Origin: Nemertoderma westbladi
Lineage: Eukaryota > Animalia > Xenacoelomorpha
Direction of reading: 5' to 3'
DNA: 59,142 nucleotides
NCBI GenBank assembly: GCA_032718475.1
Contig: JAUCBJ010000082.1
Coordinates: forward strand, 1-59,142
Position numbers and translations under genes: made by a program. Below the pieces are notes generated by a model, which saw only the letters and a list, made by a program, of their open reading frames with translations, did no database searches and was not told the DNA's origin. The first letter of the stretch is position 1, and every line of letters starts with the position of its first letter. Below, piece by piece: positions 46,205-58,570 of the stretch.

Positions 46205-47565
46205 GCTGCGATAACAAATGCTGGAATTTGTTATACAGAATCTACTACTATGATCGGCATGCTGCATTGCAGCTGCATTTTTAAGAATGCTGTGCCGGCT
46301 TGTCAACAAAATTGCACCGCCACAACTCCCTATCACCCATGACATTTGCTAGATCATCCGCATCTTTAAGGCCAGTGTCCTTTAAGATGCGTCTCAAGAA
46401 AGTCATAGGCTGTCCACCATGCTTATTCACTCCATGAGGCTGCCAAAGTACAAGATTATGCACTGGCTGGTCCTCACGGCGAAAGCAATGTCCTGCAAAG
46501 CGGAGGCGATTTTGTTCTAGTGTCAAGCTTGGGGGAACCAATGAGACACCTCCAATGTTATATAGTGTCTGGTTGGAGATGTGTGCATTGTACTTGACAC
46601 AATGTACCCGGCGTAGCATTCTTGTGAATGTGCCATCCAGAGATTTGGTGTCCTCAGCAGTTAGAGCCCAGCATGGACTCCCATAGAGGAGTACTGGAAC
46701 TACTGCTGCTCTAAATAATCGGACCTTAAGTTTCCGATTAATTCTAGGTGACTTCCAAATCCTGGAAAGCCTATTCAAGGCTGCCCATGCCTTTCCCTTA
46801 CGTATTCGAAGGTCCTCACCTGACTTCCGGATCCATGATCCCAGGTAACAGAAGTCGTCCACATGCTCAAGCATACCATCCTTTGAGCTTATGCTCATCC
46901 GGTCAGAGACTTGCTGAGGACTTTCAAAGTTAACTGTCAGAATTTTGGTCTTTCTGGAGTTAATAAAAAGACCAACACTAGAAGCAGCATGTTCTAACGA
47001 GCTGAGGAGCCGCTGGGCTCCCTCTAATGATTCTGAGAGTACTCCTAAGTCATCAGCAAAGTCTAGATCAGTTAGGTACTTGGCAGGATTTCCTCGACTT
47101 CTGGAGCCAGTAGGTGGAGTTATCATCATCCCATCATCATTATGATGATCTAAGGACATGCGTAGAACATAGTCAACCACAATAATGAACAAGAATGGTG
47201 CAAGTGTGTCTCCTTGGAGGACGCCCCATAACACTTCAAATGGTTCTGTGTCACCGTCAACAGTAGACACAAATGTTGTCGAACCATCGTATACTGATCT
47301 GATTGCTGCAATAATTTCATCAGGGATCCCATATAATGAAAGTATGCTGAACATACGTGAGCGAGAGACTGAATCAAAGGCCTTGAAGAAGTCAACAAAG
47401 ATAACAGCCAGATGCCTGTCTTTCTTTTTTGATAACTCTTCAATTATCCTTCTAAGTGCCAAAATGGGTTCCATGGTCCCACGACCTTTACGGAACCCAT
47501 TCTGATTTCCACGTAGCAGTCTCTCAATGGGATCCCTGATGCGATTTAATAGAATTCTATTGTAG
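46205..47565 (-). mobile_element. 5'-truncated RTE-like non-LTR retrotransposon (RT ORF 46281-47474)
   Basis: Motifs YNRILLNRI, NQNGFRKGR, FVDFFKAFDS, GVLQGDTLAPFLF, LTDLDFADD, FCYLGS and RLRFAGH. The 3' end abuts an (ATT)n tract. Confidence 0.9.
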
Positions 47566-50500
47566 AATCAAGGTTTGTGGCTGCTTATCTGCATCTCTTG
47601 CTTGTCTTCTTTACCATCTTTTAGCTTATTTGTGGTCCGTTTTTCCAATCAATCAAATATCCTGTTACTTATGTATTGGCTTAATTTCAACTTTATTCAT
47701 TAACTATAGGGCCATACCGCTTGTAATATTTATTAATCATAAAATCAAATCATACCCTGTTTCCCCTTTTTCTTGTTGCCTCTTGTTTGTTTGTTGCATG
47801 ACATATAAATCACATATGTTTATTGCTTGTTGTTTGTTTGTTTATATAATTGTAGCATACAAACATTAGGGGCCGTCCAACCCCTTATAATCAAATCATA
47901 TTCATTTCCCCATATCCATCTGCTGCTTTTTGTTTGTTTTAACATATATACACCTTACAATCAAATCATATTAATTCCTGCTGCTTGTTTGTTGTTTGTT
48001 TGTTGTATAATAGAATATTTGTTTGCTGTATATATATTTTGTATATAATTGTAACATATATATTTTTCATCAAATCATGTTAATTTTTCCATACCCGTCT
48101 GTTGCTTGTTTGTTGAATTTTGTTTGTTTTCATTGTATATAATTGTAGCATATGTATATAATTGACAACCGTAAACTAAAAAATATTTTCCCTGACATTT
48201 TGAAATTATTAGTTTAATTGCAAATTTAACTTTGATTAAATTGCAAATACTTTTTAGTCCATAACGCAATCATTTCCAACAAACATACATTGCAATGGAC
48301 CTGAGCTGCATCGACCTGACTGAAAGTATCCTTTTGAATGATTTTCCTCCCAAATCACTAGATACATTCCTTTTTGCCGGGAATACCATCTCCGAATCAG
48401 ACATTTACAGTCTTTCTAATGGAAATTGGTTGACTGGCAATATAATTGAAGCGATAGCGAAGTTCCTCTGTGACAAACAAACCCTCACCACTCGTGTCTT
48501 CAGCACCCACTTCCTTGAAGTATACAGGATTAAGGGCTACTCTGTAGTGAAAAGATGGACTAGCAGCGAAACTTATTCTCTTGATCTGCTTTTCTTCCCT
48601 CTCCATGTCAATTCCAACCACTGGACACTAGCTACTTTCTCACCCAAAGATACCACATTGAGATATTTTGACTCCTTAGGAGGAACAGACATTGGTATTA
48701 TTTCAGACCTGAAACACTGGTTGTCCATGGAAGCGGCCAGGCTGAAATTCCCACTGGATGATATAAAAGTGTCACCACCAATCCCTAGGCTACAACATAA
48801 TTCCACTGATTGTGGCATATATGTCATCAAGTTTATTGATTTGATGCTGAAGGGCGAGGACCTCACTGGGGTCAATGGTTCTTCCATTAACTCTTACCGT
48901 AAATATCTCCAATCCCTAGTGAAGTCGAACAGTGTCCTTATTAACCAATACCCCACTCAAGAACCCAATCTTCCTGCTTTCGCGAAACAAGCATCTATGC
49001 CCAATAAACCATCACCCACTCCCTCTATTGTTTCACTCTCTGAACCATCTCCTAAAATCTGCTCTCCCATACCAACCCATCCACCCATACCTCTGTCATC
49101 CAATACATCTGCCACTAAAGGCAACCAAACCACTATCTCTCCAACTCTTTTACCCAATGCACCAGCAACTGACCGCAACCCAACCATTCCTGCTCCACCA
49201 GTCCGCATCCCTCAAACACTCCTGCATTCATCAATCCCCCCGCCTATACATGCCCTTCACAGCCAACAAGACACCCATTCCCAGAGTGATCCAGCAAATA
49301 TTAACTTAAAGCGCACTTGCCACTCCTGCAAAAAGCCTTTCTCTACTAACCATGATGGTAAACTCCGTAGGCATAAAGTATCCTCTGGCACCTACTGTCC
49401 TGGATCCGGTTCTTTGATTGCACAAACCAGTAAACATATCATTGATGCCAATCTAAATCAGATATCCCACACACTTACAAGAACCTCATCTTCAGAAGTT
49501 CCAAATAACCTGGGAACTGGGACACCTACAAGTAGGCCTTCTGACGAGTCTCTCCAAGAAGCATTGGCTCTACTCAATGTTGTTAAGAACAGCAAGACAA
49601 GAATCCTGAAGTTTGTCCCCCGTGGGGCAAGAGTGCAGGTAGCTAAGACACTTGACGCTTGTGTCCAGGCTGTCTTATTGTCCAATGATTACCAGTCTTG
49701 GTCCAAGCTCCTTCTTATGCCTCACCTTTGCTTGATGAGACCAGAAAGAGGTGGCCGTAAGCAAAGAGTATCTTTGGCTTCCCTGGTCAATCGACAATGT
49801 GCCGCATTTAACTCTACACTGAATGTAGCTGAGTTTGCTGCTAGCTTCCCAAAACATAACACCTCCAAGCGACAAAAGCCACCACCAGGTGACCCTGACA
49901 ATCAAGCTCAAGCACATCTAGCATCAGCAATCTCTCAGAAACTGGATGAAGGGGACATCCGGGGAGCAGTTCGTATTGCTACATGTGAGGACACTATAGC
50001 TGCTGTTGACCAACAGACTTTCAATGAGCTGCAGGCAAAGCATCCACCATGTCCTACCGACAGACGCCCTTTCCCTGAACAATTGGACCCAGAGCCTATC
50101 TTTGTCAGTACCAAGGCAGTAAAGTCAGCTATTGAAAGCTTCAACCCAGGGTCTGCTGCAGGCCTGTCTCGTTTGCGCCCTCAACTTCTCAAGGATTTGA
50201 TCTCAAAACGCTCAGGTGATTCTGGATTAACACTACTGTCTTCCACAACAGCTCTCATTAATGTTTGCCTAGCTGGAAATGTCCCCTTATCTATAAGTCC
50301 TGTCCTGGTGGGGGCTTCCCTGACAGCTTTTAACAAGACAGATGGTGGCATCCGTCCGATAGCCATTGGTGAAACACTACGGCGTTTAGCAGCAAAATGC
50401 GCTTCCCATAAGTTAGCTGAAAAGTTTTCAGATAAATTTGTACCTCTCCAACTTGGTTTCGGGATCTCTGGTGGTGCAGAAGCTGCTATCCAGGCTCTAT

Positions 50501-52722
50501 CAGATTTCATTTCAGTAGCCTCTGAAGAAGATGTTGTTGTTAAGCTTGATTTCTCAACTGCTTTCAATACCATCCGTAGGGATCATGTAGCTGAACGCAT
50601 TGCCATTGAAGCACCAGAGCTACTCCCATTCTTCCGCCTTTGCTACGAAAACTCTTCATTCCTCCCATTCGGGGATTTCCTTCTGTTCTCAGAGGAAGGA
50701 TTCCAACAAGGCGACCCTGTTGCTGTTTTTGGGTTCTGCCTGGGCCTTCACCAGCAACTTGAAGATCTGCAGGCCTCACTCAAAGCAGGATACATTGATG
50801 ACGTATCAGCTGGTGGAAAGTGGGACCACATCCTTGCAGAACTTATCAAGTTCAGGTCTGCTTGTGAGCAAATAGGCCTTTGTCTTAATGTTAAGAAATG
50901 TGAGGTAACCATCTTCCATAATGATAAGGCTAGGCATGACCAGATACTGGAAGCCTTCCAGACTGACTTCCCCAACATTAGGGAAACTTTGCCCAGAGAC
51001 ATCCTCCTCCTTGGAGCCCCAATAGGCAAGGCAGCTATCGAATCTTCATTGAACGATAAGCTTGCAAACCTCACTCTGTTCCAGTCCAGACTTAAGCTCC
51101 TTTGCAACCATGATGCGTTCTTCTTGCTAAAGAACTGTTTGGCAGTCCCTAAGCTGGTCTACTTGCTCCGCACAACACCAACTTTTGCATTCCCTGATGT
51201 TCTACGCCGTATTGACAACTGCATTAAAGACACCTTAATAGATGTTACCAATTCGGAGCTTACCCCGTCCATATTCAAGCAGGCTTGCCTTCCAGCTCGA
51301 TATGGAGGACTTGGGATACCACCAATCTCAGTCATTGCTCCATGGGCATTCCTGTCTTCCACATTAAAGAACTGCACACTACGCACAGCTATCTTTGACA
51401 TCGGCGATGCTCCTCCAGTCCCAGAGCGAGCACAGGCATTAAAACTCTGGCGCGATTATTCATTGACAAATGAAATTCCCACAAACCCCTCAAGACAACG
51501 TAACTGGCTAGAGCCTATTTACCAAACCCAATTTGAGGAGCTCATTCACAGTTCTGATAATTTAGCTGTTGCCCGTCTGAAAGGCTGCCGAGCACCAGGA
51601 TCAGGGGACTGGCTTAATGCTCTGCCGTCATCAACTCTTGGGCTTCGTCTCTCAGACAAGCAGTTTGAAATTGCAGTTTCTCTCCGTCTAGGTGCACCTG
51701 TATGCTCCCAGCACATATGCGTGTGCGGCACCTTAGTTGATGAGACTGCAAACCATGCTCTTGTCTGCAAACACACCAAGAGCCGAAATGGTCGCCACCG
51801 CCTTTGCAACAACGCAATCTACCATGGGCTAATCGCTGCAGAGATGCCTTCAACCCTGGAGCCAATAGGATTATGTAGCTCATCCTGCAAACGCCCAGAT
51901 GGTTCTACATTGCTGCCTTGGAATAGAGGGAAGCCGCTAGTGTGGGACTTCACATGTACACACAGATTGGCTGCCTCTTATTCATCTTCTGCTGGACTAG
52001 ATGGAGCTTCTGTTGCAGACCTGGCAGAGGCTAGAAAGCTCGATAAGTACAAGGAGCTATCTAATAGTTATATTGTGCAACCAGTTGCATTTGAAACCCT
52101 GGGTGGTATTGGCCCATGCTCCTTGGCATTTCTCCGAGAGGTTGGTAGACGCATTGAGAGTAGCACAGGAAACAGACGTGCCACTGAATTTCTCCGTCAA
52201 CGAATTGGGATCTGTGTTCAGATCGGCAATGCCTCCTGCGTGACAGAATCTTTCGGTTTGGGTGAAATGGAGGGGTACAGGGAGAGACAGGGGAGACACC
52301 TCTAGACCAGACTGCTGATTTACCCTAAACGCCGTTGCTCTACTTGTTTTTCTTCAGTTTCCCCTAAATTGTAGTAGTCCTATTCTGTTGTTGTTTTCTT
52401 TTTAATGATATGATAGTGAACATACTGTATGCCTTAGTCTGTCAAAATATGTCGTTTTATCAGTTTTTCAGTTCTATAGTTTGTCAAAATTTATTGTTGC
52501 TTTATTGGTTCTATAGTTTCTCATAAATTGTTGTAGTCCTATTCTGCTTTATTTTCTTTTTAATGATACAATAGTGTTTTACTGTGATAATTATTTTACT
52601 ATATTTATGCTGTGTAATCATATGGGTTCATATTTTATGTAATGAAATAAATAAATTTAAATATATTAAATTTGTTAAAAAAAAAACCGTTAACCGTCAA
52701 AAAAAAAAAAAAAAAAAAAAAA
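47566..52722 (+). mobile_element. CRE-like (restriction-like endonuclease) non-LTR retrotransposon with poly(A) tail
   Basis: Single long ORF, ~730-bp T-rich 5' region and an A-run at 52699-52722. The 5' boundary is approximate. Confidence 0.8.
48295..52305 (+). CDS. 1336-aa ORF: Ulp1/C48 SUMO-protease-like domain + Zn finger + RT + CCHC + restriction-like endonuclease
   Basis: Ulp1 WLTGNII...HWTL...YFDSL...QHNSTDCG; RT GGIRPIAIGETLRRLAAKC, QLGFG..GGAEA, GFQQGDP and YIDD (CRE-type); CCHC CVCG..HALVC; RHR; endonuclease KRPDG...VWDFT...K..KY. Confidence 0.92.
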   Translation: MDLSCIDLTESILLNDFPPKSLDTFLFAGNTISESDIYSLSNGNWLTGNIIEAIAKFLCDKQTLTTRVFSTHFLEVYRIKGYSVVKRWTSSETYSLDLLFFPLHVNSNHWTLATFSPKDTTLRYFDSLGGTDIGIISDLKHWLSMEAARLKFPLDDIKVSPPIPRLQHNSTDCGIYVIKFIDLMLKGEDLTGVNGSSINSYRKYLQSLVKSNSVLINQYPTQEPNLPAFAKQASMPNKPSPTPSIVSLSEPSPKICSPIPTHPPIPLSSNTSATKGNQTTISPTLLPNAPATDRNPTIPAPPVRIPQTLLHSSIPPPIHALHSQQDTHSQSDPANINLKRTCHSCKKPFSTNHDGKLRRHKVSSGTYCPGSGSLIAQTSKHIIDANLNQISHTLTRTSSSEVPNNLGTGTPTSRPSDESLQEALALLNVVKNSKTRILKFVPRGARVQVAKTLDACVQAVLLSNDYQSWSKLLLMPHLCLMRPERGGRKQRVSLASLVNRQCAAFNSTLNVAEFAASFPKHNTSKRQKPPPGDPDNQAQAHLASAISQKLDEGDIRGAVRIATCEDTIAAVDQQTFNELQAKHPPCPTDRRPFPEQLDPEPIFVSTKAVKSAIESFNPGSAAGLSRLRPQLLKDLISKRSGDSGLTLLSSTTALINVCLAGNVPLSISPVLVGASLTAFNKTDGGIRPIAIGETLRRLAAKCASHKLAEKFSDKFVPLQLGFGISGGAEAAIQALSDFISVASEEDVVVKLDFSTAFNTIRRDHVAERIAIEAPELLPFFRLCYENSSFLPFGDFLLFSEEGFQQGDPVAVFGFCLGLHQQLEDLQASLKAGYIDDVSAGGKWDHILAELIKFRSACEQIGLCLNVKKCEVTIFHNDKARHDQILEAFQTDFPNIRETLPRDILLLGAPIGKAAIESSLNDKLANLTLFQSRLKLLCNHDAFFLLKNCLAVPKLVYLLRTTPTFAFPDVLRRIDNCIKDTLIDVTNSELTPSIFKQACLPARYGGLGIPPISVIAPWAFLSSTLKNCTLRTAIFDIGDAPPVPERAQALKLWRDYSLTNEIPTNPSRQRNWLEPIYQTQFEELIHSSDNLAVARLKGCRAPGSGDWLNALPSSTLGLRLSDKQFEIAVSLRLGAPVCSQHICVCGTLVDETANHALVCKHTKSRNGRHRLCNNAIYHGLIAAEMPSTLEPIGLCSSSCKRPDGSTLLPWNRGKPLVWDFTCTHRLAASYSSSAGLDGASVADLAEARKLDKYKELSNSYIVQPVAFETLGGIGPCSLAFLREVGRRIESSTGNRRATEFLRQRIGICVQIGNASCVTESFGLGEMEGYRERQGRHL

Positions 52723-53094
52723 TAATAATATAATAATAATTTCTTTTTATTCGCAAAAACTCCGCAACAAGTTAAAAAACCGCACAGAGGTCGGTCTGGC
52801 GGTACCAACCGCCAAATATCGCTACCAACTATGACATAACCCTGTTTAAAAAAAAATTATATATTAGTAAATATTTCAGTAAAATATAGTGACAATTTAC
52901 CCCGAACGGGGTGTAATAAAAAAAAATTGGAAATATGCGAACCGTTTTTGACTATAATAGTCACTCTCTAGCAGGAAACTGGAGCAGAACTTCTCAATTC
53001 GATTTCAGACTTTCGACTGACTATGTATATTACGTACCAAGTACAAGAGATTGATATTTATATTAACCGTCAGACCGACCGACAACGGTTGAAA

Positions 53095-56000
53095 CACGTT
53101 CGTGGGGCCTTCGCGCAGCACGAGGCCCAGTTATGAGATACAAATTAAAATTGAGCGACTGTATCACAAAATCAGGTTTTGAGAAATTTACCCACACCAC
53201 CAATCAATCAAAGAAAGGGGGACAGTACGTGTTCACCCCTTTTAATCCCCCCCCCCCACCCTTCCCAACCACCAATACATAACCGCGACATCTACCACCC
53301 ACGGAAGGGTAGCACGAACTTATTTCCAATCGCACGTTCAATATGCAAAGCCAGGTGGTTTATAGGAATATAATAAACGCAGTACTCGTATTCATTATAA
53401 GCCTCGTTGCGTTCGTCCTGTTTTGTATTTAAATATATTTCTTAAACGCAGGCTAGGACGATCTTTATAATAATAATAACTAGGGATGCGATCAATATGT
53501 GAAGCCAGGTGGTTTATATAATAATTTAGTCAACGCAGTACTCGTCTTCATTATATGCCTCGTTGCGCTCGTCGCTTGTCCTGTTTTGTTATAAAATATT
53601 TTTCCTAAACGCAGACTGACGATCTTTATACAGTTATAACTATGCGAAGTTTCGAAACTGTGCGAGTAACTGTTGATACATCTATGTGGATATGTGTGAT
53701 ATGTGGAGATGTGTGATACAACGCCAACGCATCTTATGCCGATGTAGTAATATGGGTATTGAAATAATATTAAATTAATGTACACTCTTAAAGCTGCAGC
53801 GAAAAAATGTAGCTAATTTCCTAGGTTACATATAAAATAATAATATTATTTTTAAGAACATTAATTTTACTACTTTGCAAAAATTCAATTAAAAAATAAC
53901 CAGACATATACATTGTGGAATAAACTATTTCAGAAGCCTACACAACAGCCATGCCATGGATAGTATTTATGTTATGATATCTGTCATTCACCTGAGATAG
54001 CAATACAACATTTATAGTGAATTTAAAGAATGCTGTCTGGGCTGGAATAGCAATACTGGTTGTCTATTACTATTCCTCTCTGGTTAGTCTTAGCAACAAC
54101 TCCCAGCCAGCAGCAGAGACTTGACCAATAATCATTCCCAGCAACTGGGAATGACACACACATCCCATCTATGTACCAGCATGTTGGCCAATAAATGAGC
54201 AGTATTTAATGAGAATAAATTTTTTTTGCCGTTTTAATTACTTTAGATCAATTAAAGACACAATTATTAAAGCAAATCACTTGAACTAATTAAAAACTAT
54301 AATAGAATGGCGTATGGGGATTACATCTGTATAATTTTTAATTATAATTATTTAAATCTTATACTGTAAAACAATTAATTTCCTTTAAAAGGCAGGTTGA
54401 AAATGGTGTTTTTACCGTAATAACTTAATTAACTAATTAACTGCTATTATCTTAGCTTCTCGAAGGCCACACTGAAATTCTACTTGGAAAATTTCTAAAC
54501 TTTTGCCAAACAACATGTGTACCAAGTTTGGATAGATTTCATCAAAGATTGGCCGAGTTATTAACGTTTAAAATTGAACGCGACAGAACGACAGAACGAC
54601 ACGTTCGTGGGGCCTTCGCGCAGCACGAGGCCCAGTTATGAGATACAAATTAATATCGAACGACTGTATCACAAAATCAGTATTTAACTTTATAAATTAG
54701 TAAAATTTAGAAATTTAACCACACCGCCAATCAATCAAAAAAAGAGGGACAGTACGTGTTCAGCCCTTTTAATCTGCACCCCCACCCTTCCCACCCACCA
54801 ATACATAGCCGCGACATCTACCACCCACGGAAGGGTAGCACGAACTTATTTCCAATCGCACGTTCAATATGCGAAGCCAGGTGGTTTATAGGAATATAAT
54901 CTACGCAGTACTAAATACAGTCGATGCAGTAATGAATGATATTCAAATAATTTATTTAATATACTGTTAATGCCTCTGAAAACTTAGACAATTAAAATAC
55001 ACAGAAATCCCATCAAAAAATAATAAGCATAATATTTTGAGAAATAAACAATTTTGGATATAAGCCTTCTGCAGTGGTAATCTTATTGACTGACAATCAT
55101 TAAATGAGATCTGTCTATTACCTGAGACTAAAGAACACAGACTCTATAGTGTAATAGGAGGTAGGGAATGCAGGTTTCAATCTCGTTAGGTCTAGCTGGC
55201 AGCCGTGTGGCTAGTTACATACAACCCCCCTCCACTGGCATTCCCAGCAACTGGCTCCCTTACACACACATCCCCCATCTATGTACCAGCCAACTTGCAA
55301 GTTGGCCAATAAATGATCAGTATTTAATGAGAATCAATTTTTTATGCCGTTTTAATTACTTTAGATCAATTAAAGACACAATTATTAAAGCAAATCACTT
55401 AAACTAATTAAAAACTATAATAGAATGGCGTATGTGGATTACATCTGTATAATTTTTAATTATAATTATTTAAATCTTATACTGTAAAACAATTAATTTC
55501 CTTTAAAAGGCAGGTTGAAAATGGTGTTTTCACCGTAATCAACTTAATTAACTAATTAACTGCTATTATCTTAGCTTCTCGAAGGCCACACGGAAATTCT
55601 ACTTGGAAAATTTCTAAACTTTTGCCAAACAACATGTGTACCAAGTTTGGATAGATTTCATCAAAGATTGGCCGAGTTATTAACGTTTAAAATTGAACAC
55701 GACAGAACGACAGAACGACAGGTTGATTAATGGTACCACTACGCTAAGGCTCACTCACTTCGTGGCTCGCCCCACAGAACGACACGTTCGTGGGGCCTTC
55801 GCGCAGCACGAGGCCCAGTTATGAGATACAAATTAAAATTGTGCGACTGTATCACAAAATCAGGTTATGAGATATTAACCCACACCACCAATTAATCAAA
55901 GAAAGGGGGACAGTACGTGTTCACCCCTTTTAATCTGCACACCCCCCCCCCCCTCCCCCCACCCACCAATACATAACCGCGACATCTACCACCCACGGAA

Positions 56001-56257
56001 GGGTAGCACGAACTTATTTCCAATCGCACGTTAAATATGCAAAGCCAGGTGGTTTATAGGAATATAATAAACGCAGTACTCGTTTTCATTATAAGCCTCT
56101 TTGCGTTTGTCCTGTTTTGTATTTAAATATATTTCTTAAACGCAGGCTAGGATGATCTTTATAATAATAATAACTAGGGATGCGATCAATATGTGAAGCC
56201 AGGTGGTTTATATAACAATTTAGTCAACGCAGTACTCGTCTTCATTATATGCCTCGT
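53095..56257. repeat. Three complex tandem copies of a Helentron/HINE-like non-autonomous repeat
   Basis: The block CACGTTCGTGGGGCCTTCGCGCAGCACGAGGCCCAGTT (GC hairpin) occurs at ~53095, ~54600 and ~55782. 54170-54600 duplicates 55280-55720 and ends in (GACAGAAC)n. The family assignment is by architecture only. Confidence 0.5.
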
Positions 56258-57488
56258 TGTAAAAGCTTCTGTGGGATATAACTGGCCCCTTTGCTTCGCA
56301 ATCCAGTTTCCCCCAGGCGCTGGAATACTCTAAAAAAGGTTCTCTGACTGTATATATATTCCCCTCGCCCGCAAGGTACCTTTACAGGTGTTTTAACGGA
56401 CATAAAAGTAATTCTGCTATATACGTGTTTTGGCGGACATGGTAAGGCAAAAAACCTGTAATGCATTAATTACCTTTCACAGCTTAGCCGTGATGATTCA
56501 TATTACGACATCTAACAGCTGGTTGCTGACATGGAAACAGCCATTGGATGTACGGTTCTTTGTTTGGCTTGAGCCAATCAGAGCGATTTTTCCTGTCGAC
56601 GTGTAGCTTTTCAGCCGATCATAAGGAGAGTGTTCAGTCTTACTGCTTTTACTTGATACTTTGTTGTTATTGCTGTCCAAGCCAGAAACACCGGCTTTTT
56701 GGTAAGAACTCTAGTAAACTGCTTAGATTATAGAAAGTATAACTGTTACCGGCGGCGGTGTTACCTCACTTAATTTAACTGCACTAATCATATTGTTTGT
56801 ACTGCTATTTACCGTCAGTTATTAATTGTATCTATTTGTTGATGGAAATATTGCTCTTTGGAGAATACGGATAAATCACCCAAAATTCCCAATTTTCTTG
56901 ATACACTACAGGTTAGAGAGGCGGGCTATATATAACAATTGCGATTTATACCAATGTGGTGTGTATTGAATCTAATGTTATTTAGTAGACACTACCTGAG
57001 TCAATTGCTGTTCTCTTTATGTGTGATCAAATATACTGACGGTCGGCAGAATAGTGTGCATGATTGTGAGTGTGATGTGACTGGTAACAAAGCATTTCCT
57101 AAAGAATGCGACTTATACTTTAATCATAAGCCTTATCGTTGCGTTTAGTATAAGTCCTAGCTCTGTTTAAATAGATAGAGCGCCACGTCCTAAAGGAACT
57201 GTTAATATTTCCCGAAAGTTAATAATATCTGTCAGAAATTAATTATTAGTGATCTATCGAATAATACAATAGGTTTACACTGCAACCTTACACTGCAATA
57301 ATAAAATCTAAGCATCCGAATTCAGCCTCCCGGGTGTAGATCCATCGGGTGAATGATCGCGCATGGGCTGGCTTCGGCTAATGTTTTGTTTATTAGCATA
57401 AAATATTGTCGTATGCTAAAGGTGTGTTAATTAACTAAAAGACATATAAATTTTGGCAGGTTAAACTGCTAAAGGTCTTCAAAAGCGC

Positions 57489-57750
57489 GAACAGTAACAG
57501 TTTATACTGTATTGCAGTGTAAGCATTAAATACAGTTTAATACTGTTCTGTCGAACAGTAACAGTTTATACTGTATTGCAGTGTAAGCATTAAATACAGT
57601 TTAATACTGTTCTGTCGAACAGTAACAGTTATTTAATCTTATTGCAGTAGGCAATAAGGTTGCAAGTGTAGGCATTAAATACAGTTTAATACTGTTCTGT
57701 CGAACAGTAACAGTTTACAATCTTATTGCAGTAGGCAATAAGGTTGCAAA
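57489..57750 (+). repeat. 64-bp tandem repeat with variants (~4 units)
   Basis: GAACAGTAACAGTT starts at 57489, 57553, 57617 and 57702. Confidence 0.85.
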
Positions 57751-57989
57751 ATACCGTAGTGACTGGTAAAACTGAACCGGTGCTTCTGTAGGTCAGTAGG
57801 CCTAACTGTCATCACCGGTACCGGTACTGCTGTACAAGTACATTAGTATTATTCGATTTTGATTATTGTATACCGGTAGGTCTCGATATTAAATCGGGGA
57901 CGCCTGGTTTTTATTGAGATTTTACTTAGGTCTATTTCTGTCAGTTTTATTTACTAGTAGGCTAATATTGAGCAGAAGGCGTGTGATCC

Positions 57990-58570
57990 TGCTCAGATTG
58001 TTCAGATAATTGTAGGCTGGGCTGCTGTCTGACTGTTGTTGAGTTTGGAGAGATTACGGCGTGTGTAGAGTTTGTCTGATAAAGTGCCGTTAGTAAGTTG
58101 GGGCAGCCATATGCTGAAGGTCAATCCCCTCTTAAAGAATAAGTCGTACTACCGTGTTAGAACGCATACTAACTAACAGTTTCAGAGTCTGCATATACTG
58201 TAGTTTATCTAGGCTTGATCGTAGTCTGCCAGTGTTTTAGCCTGTGTTTGTTTGTGTGGTCTGTTCAGGTACCGTAATAGTTATTACTCAAATATTTGTA
58301 GGCTGGATTGTTGTCTAGCTATTTTTAGGTCTGAAGGGATTGCTGCGTGTGTAGATCAAGTGTTGGTCTGATCAAGTGCCGTTAGTAAGTTGGGGCAGCC
58401 ATATGCTGTAAGGACAATCCCCTCTTAAAGAGTAAGTCGTACTACCGTGTTAGAACGCATACTAACTAACAGTTTCAGAATCTGCACATACAGTAGTTTG
58501 TTTAGGCTTGATAGTAGTCTGCCAGCGTTTTGGTTTGTATTTGTTTGAGTATTCTGTACGGGTAGCGTAA
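57990..58570 (+). repeat. ~290-bp diverged tandem duplication
   Basis: AGTGCCGTTAGTAAGTTGGGGCAGCCATATGCTG at ~58083 and ~58375. Confidence 0.85.
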
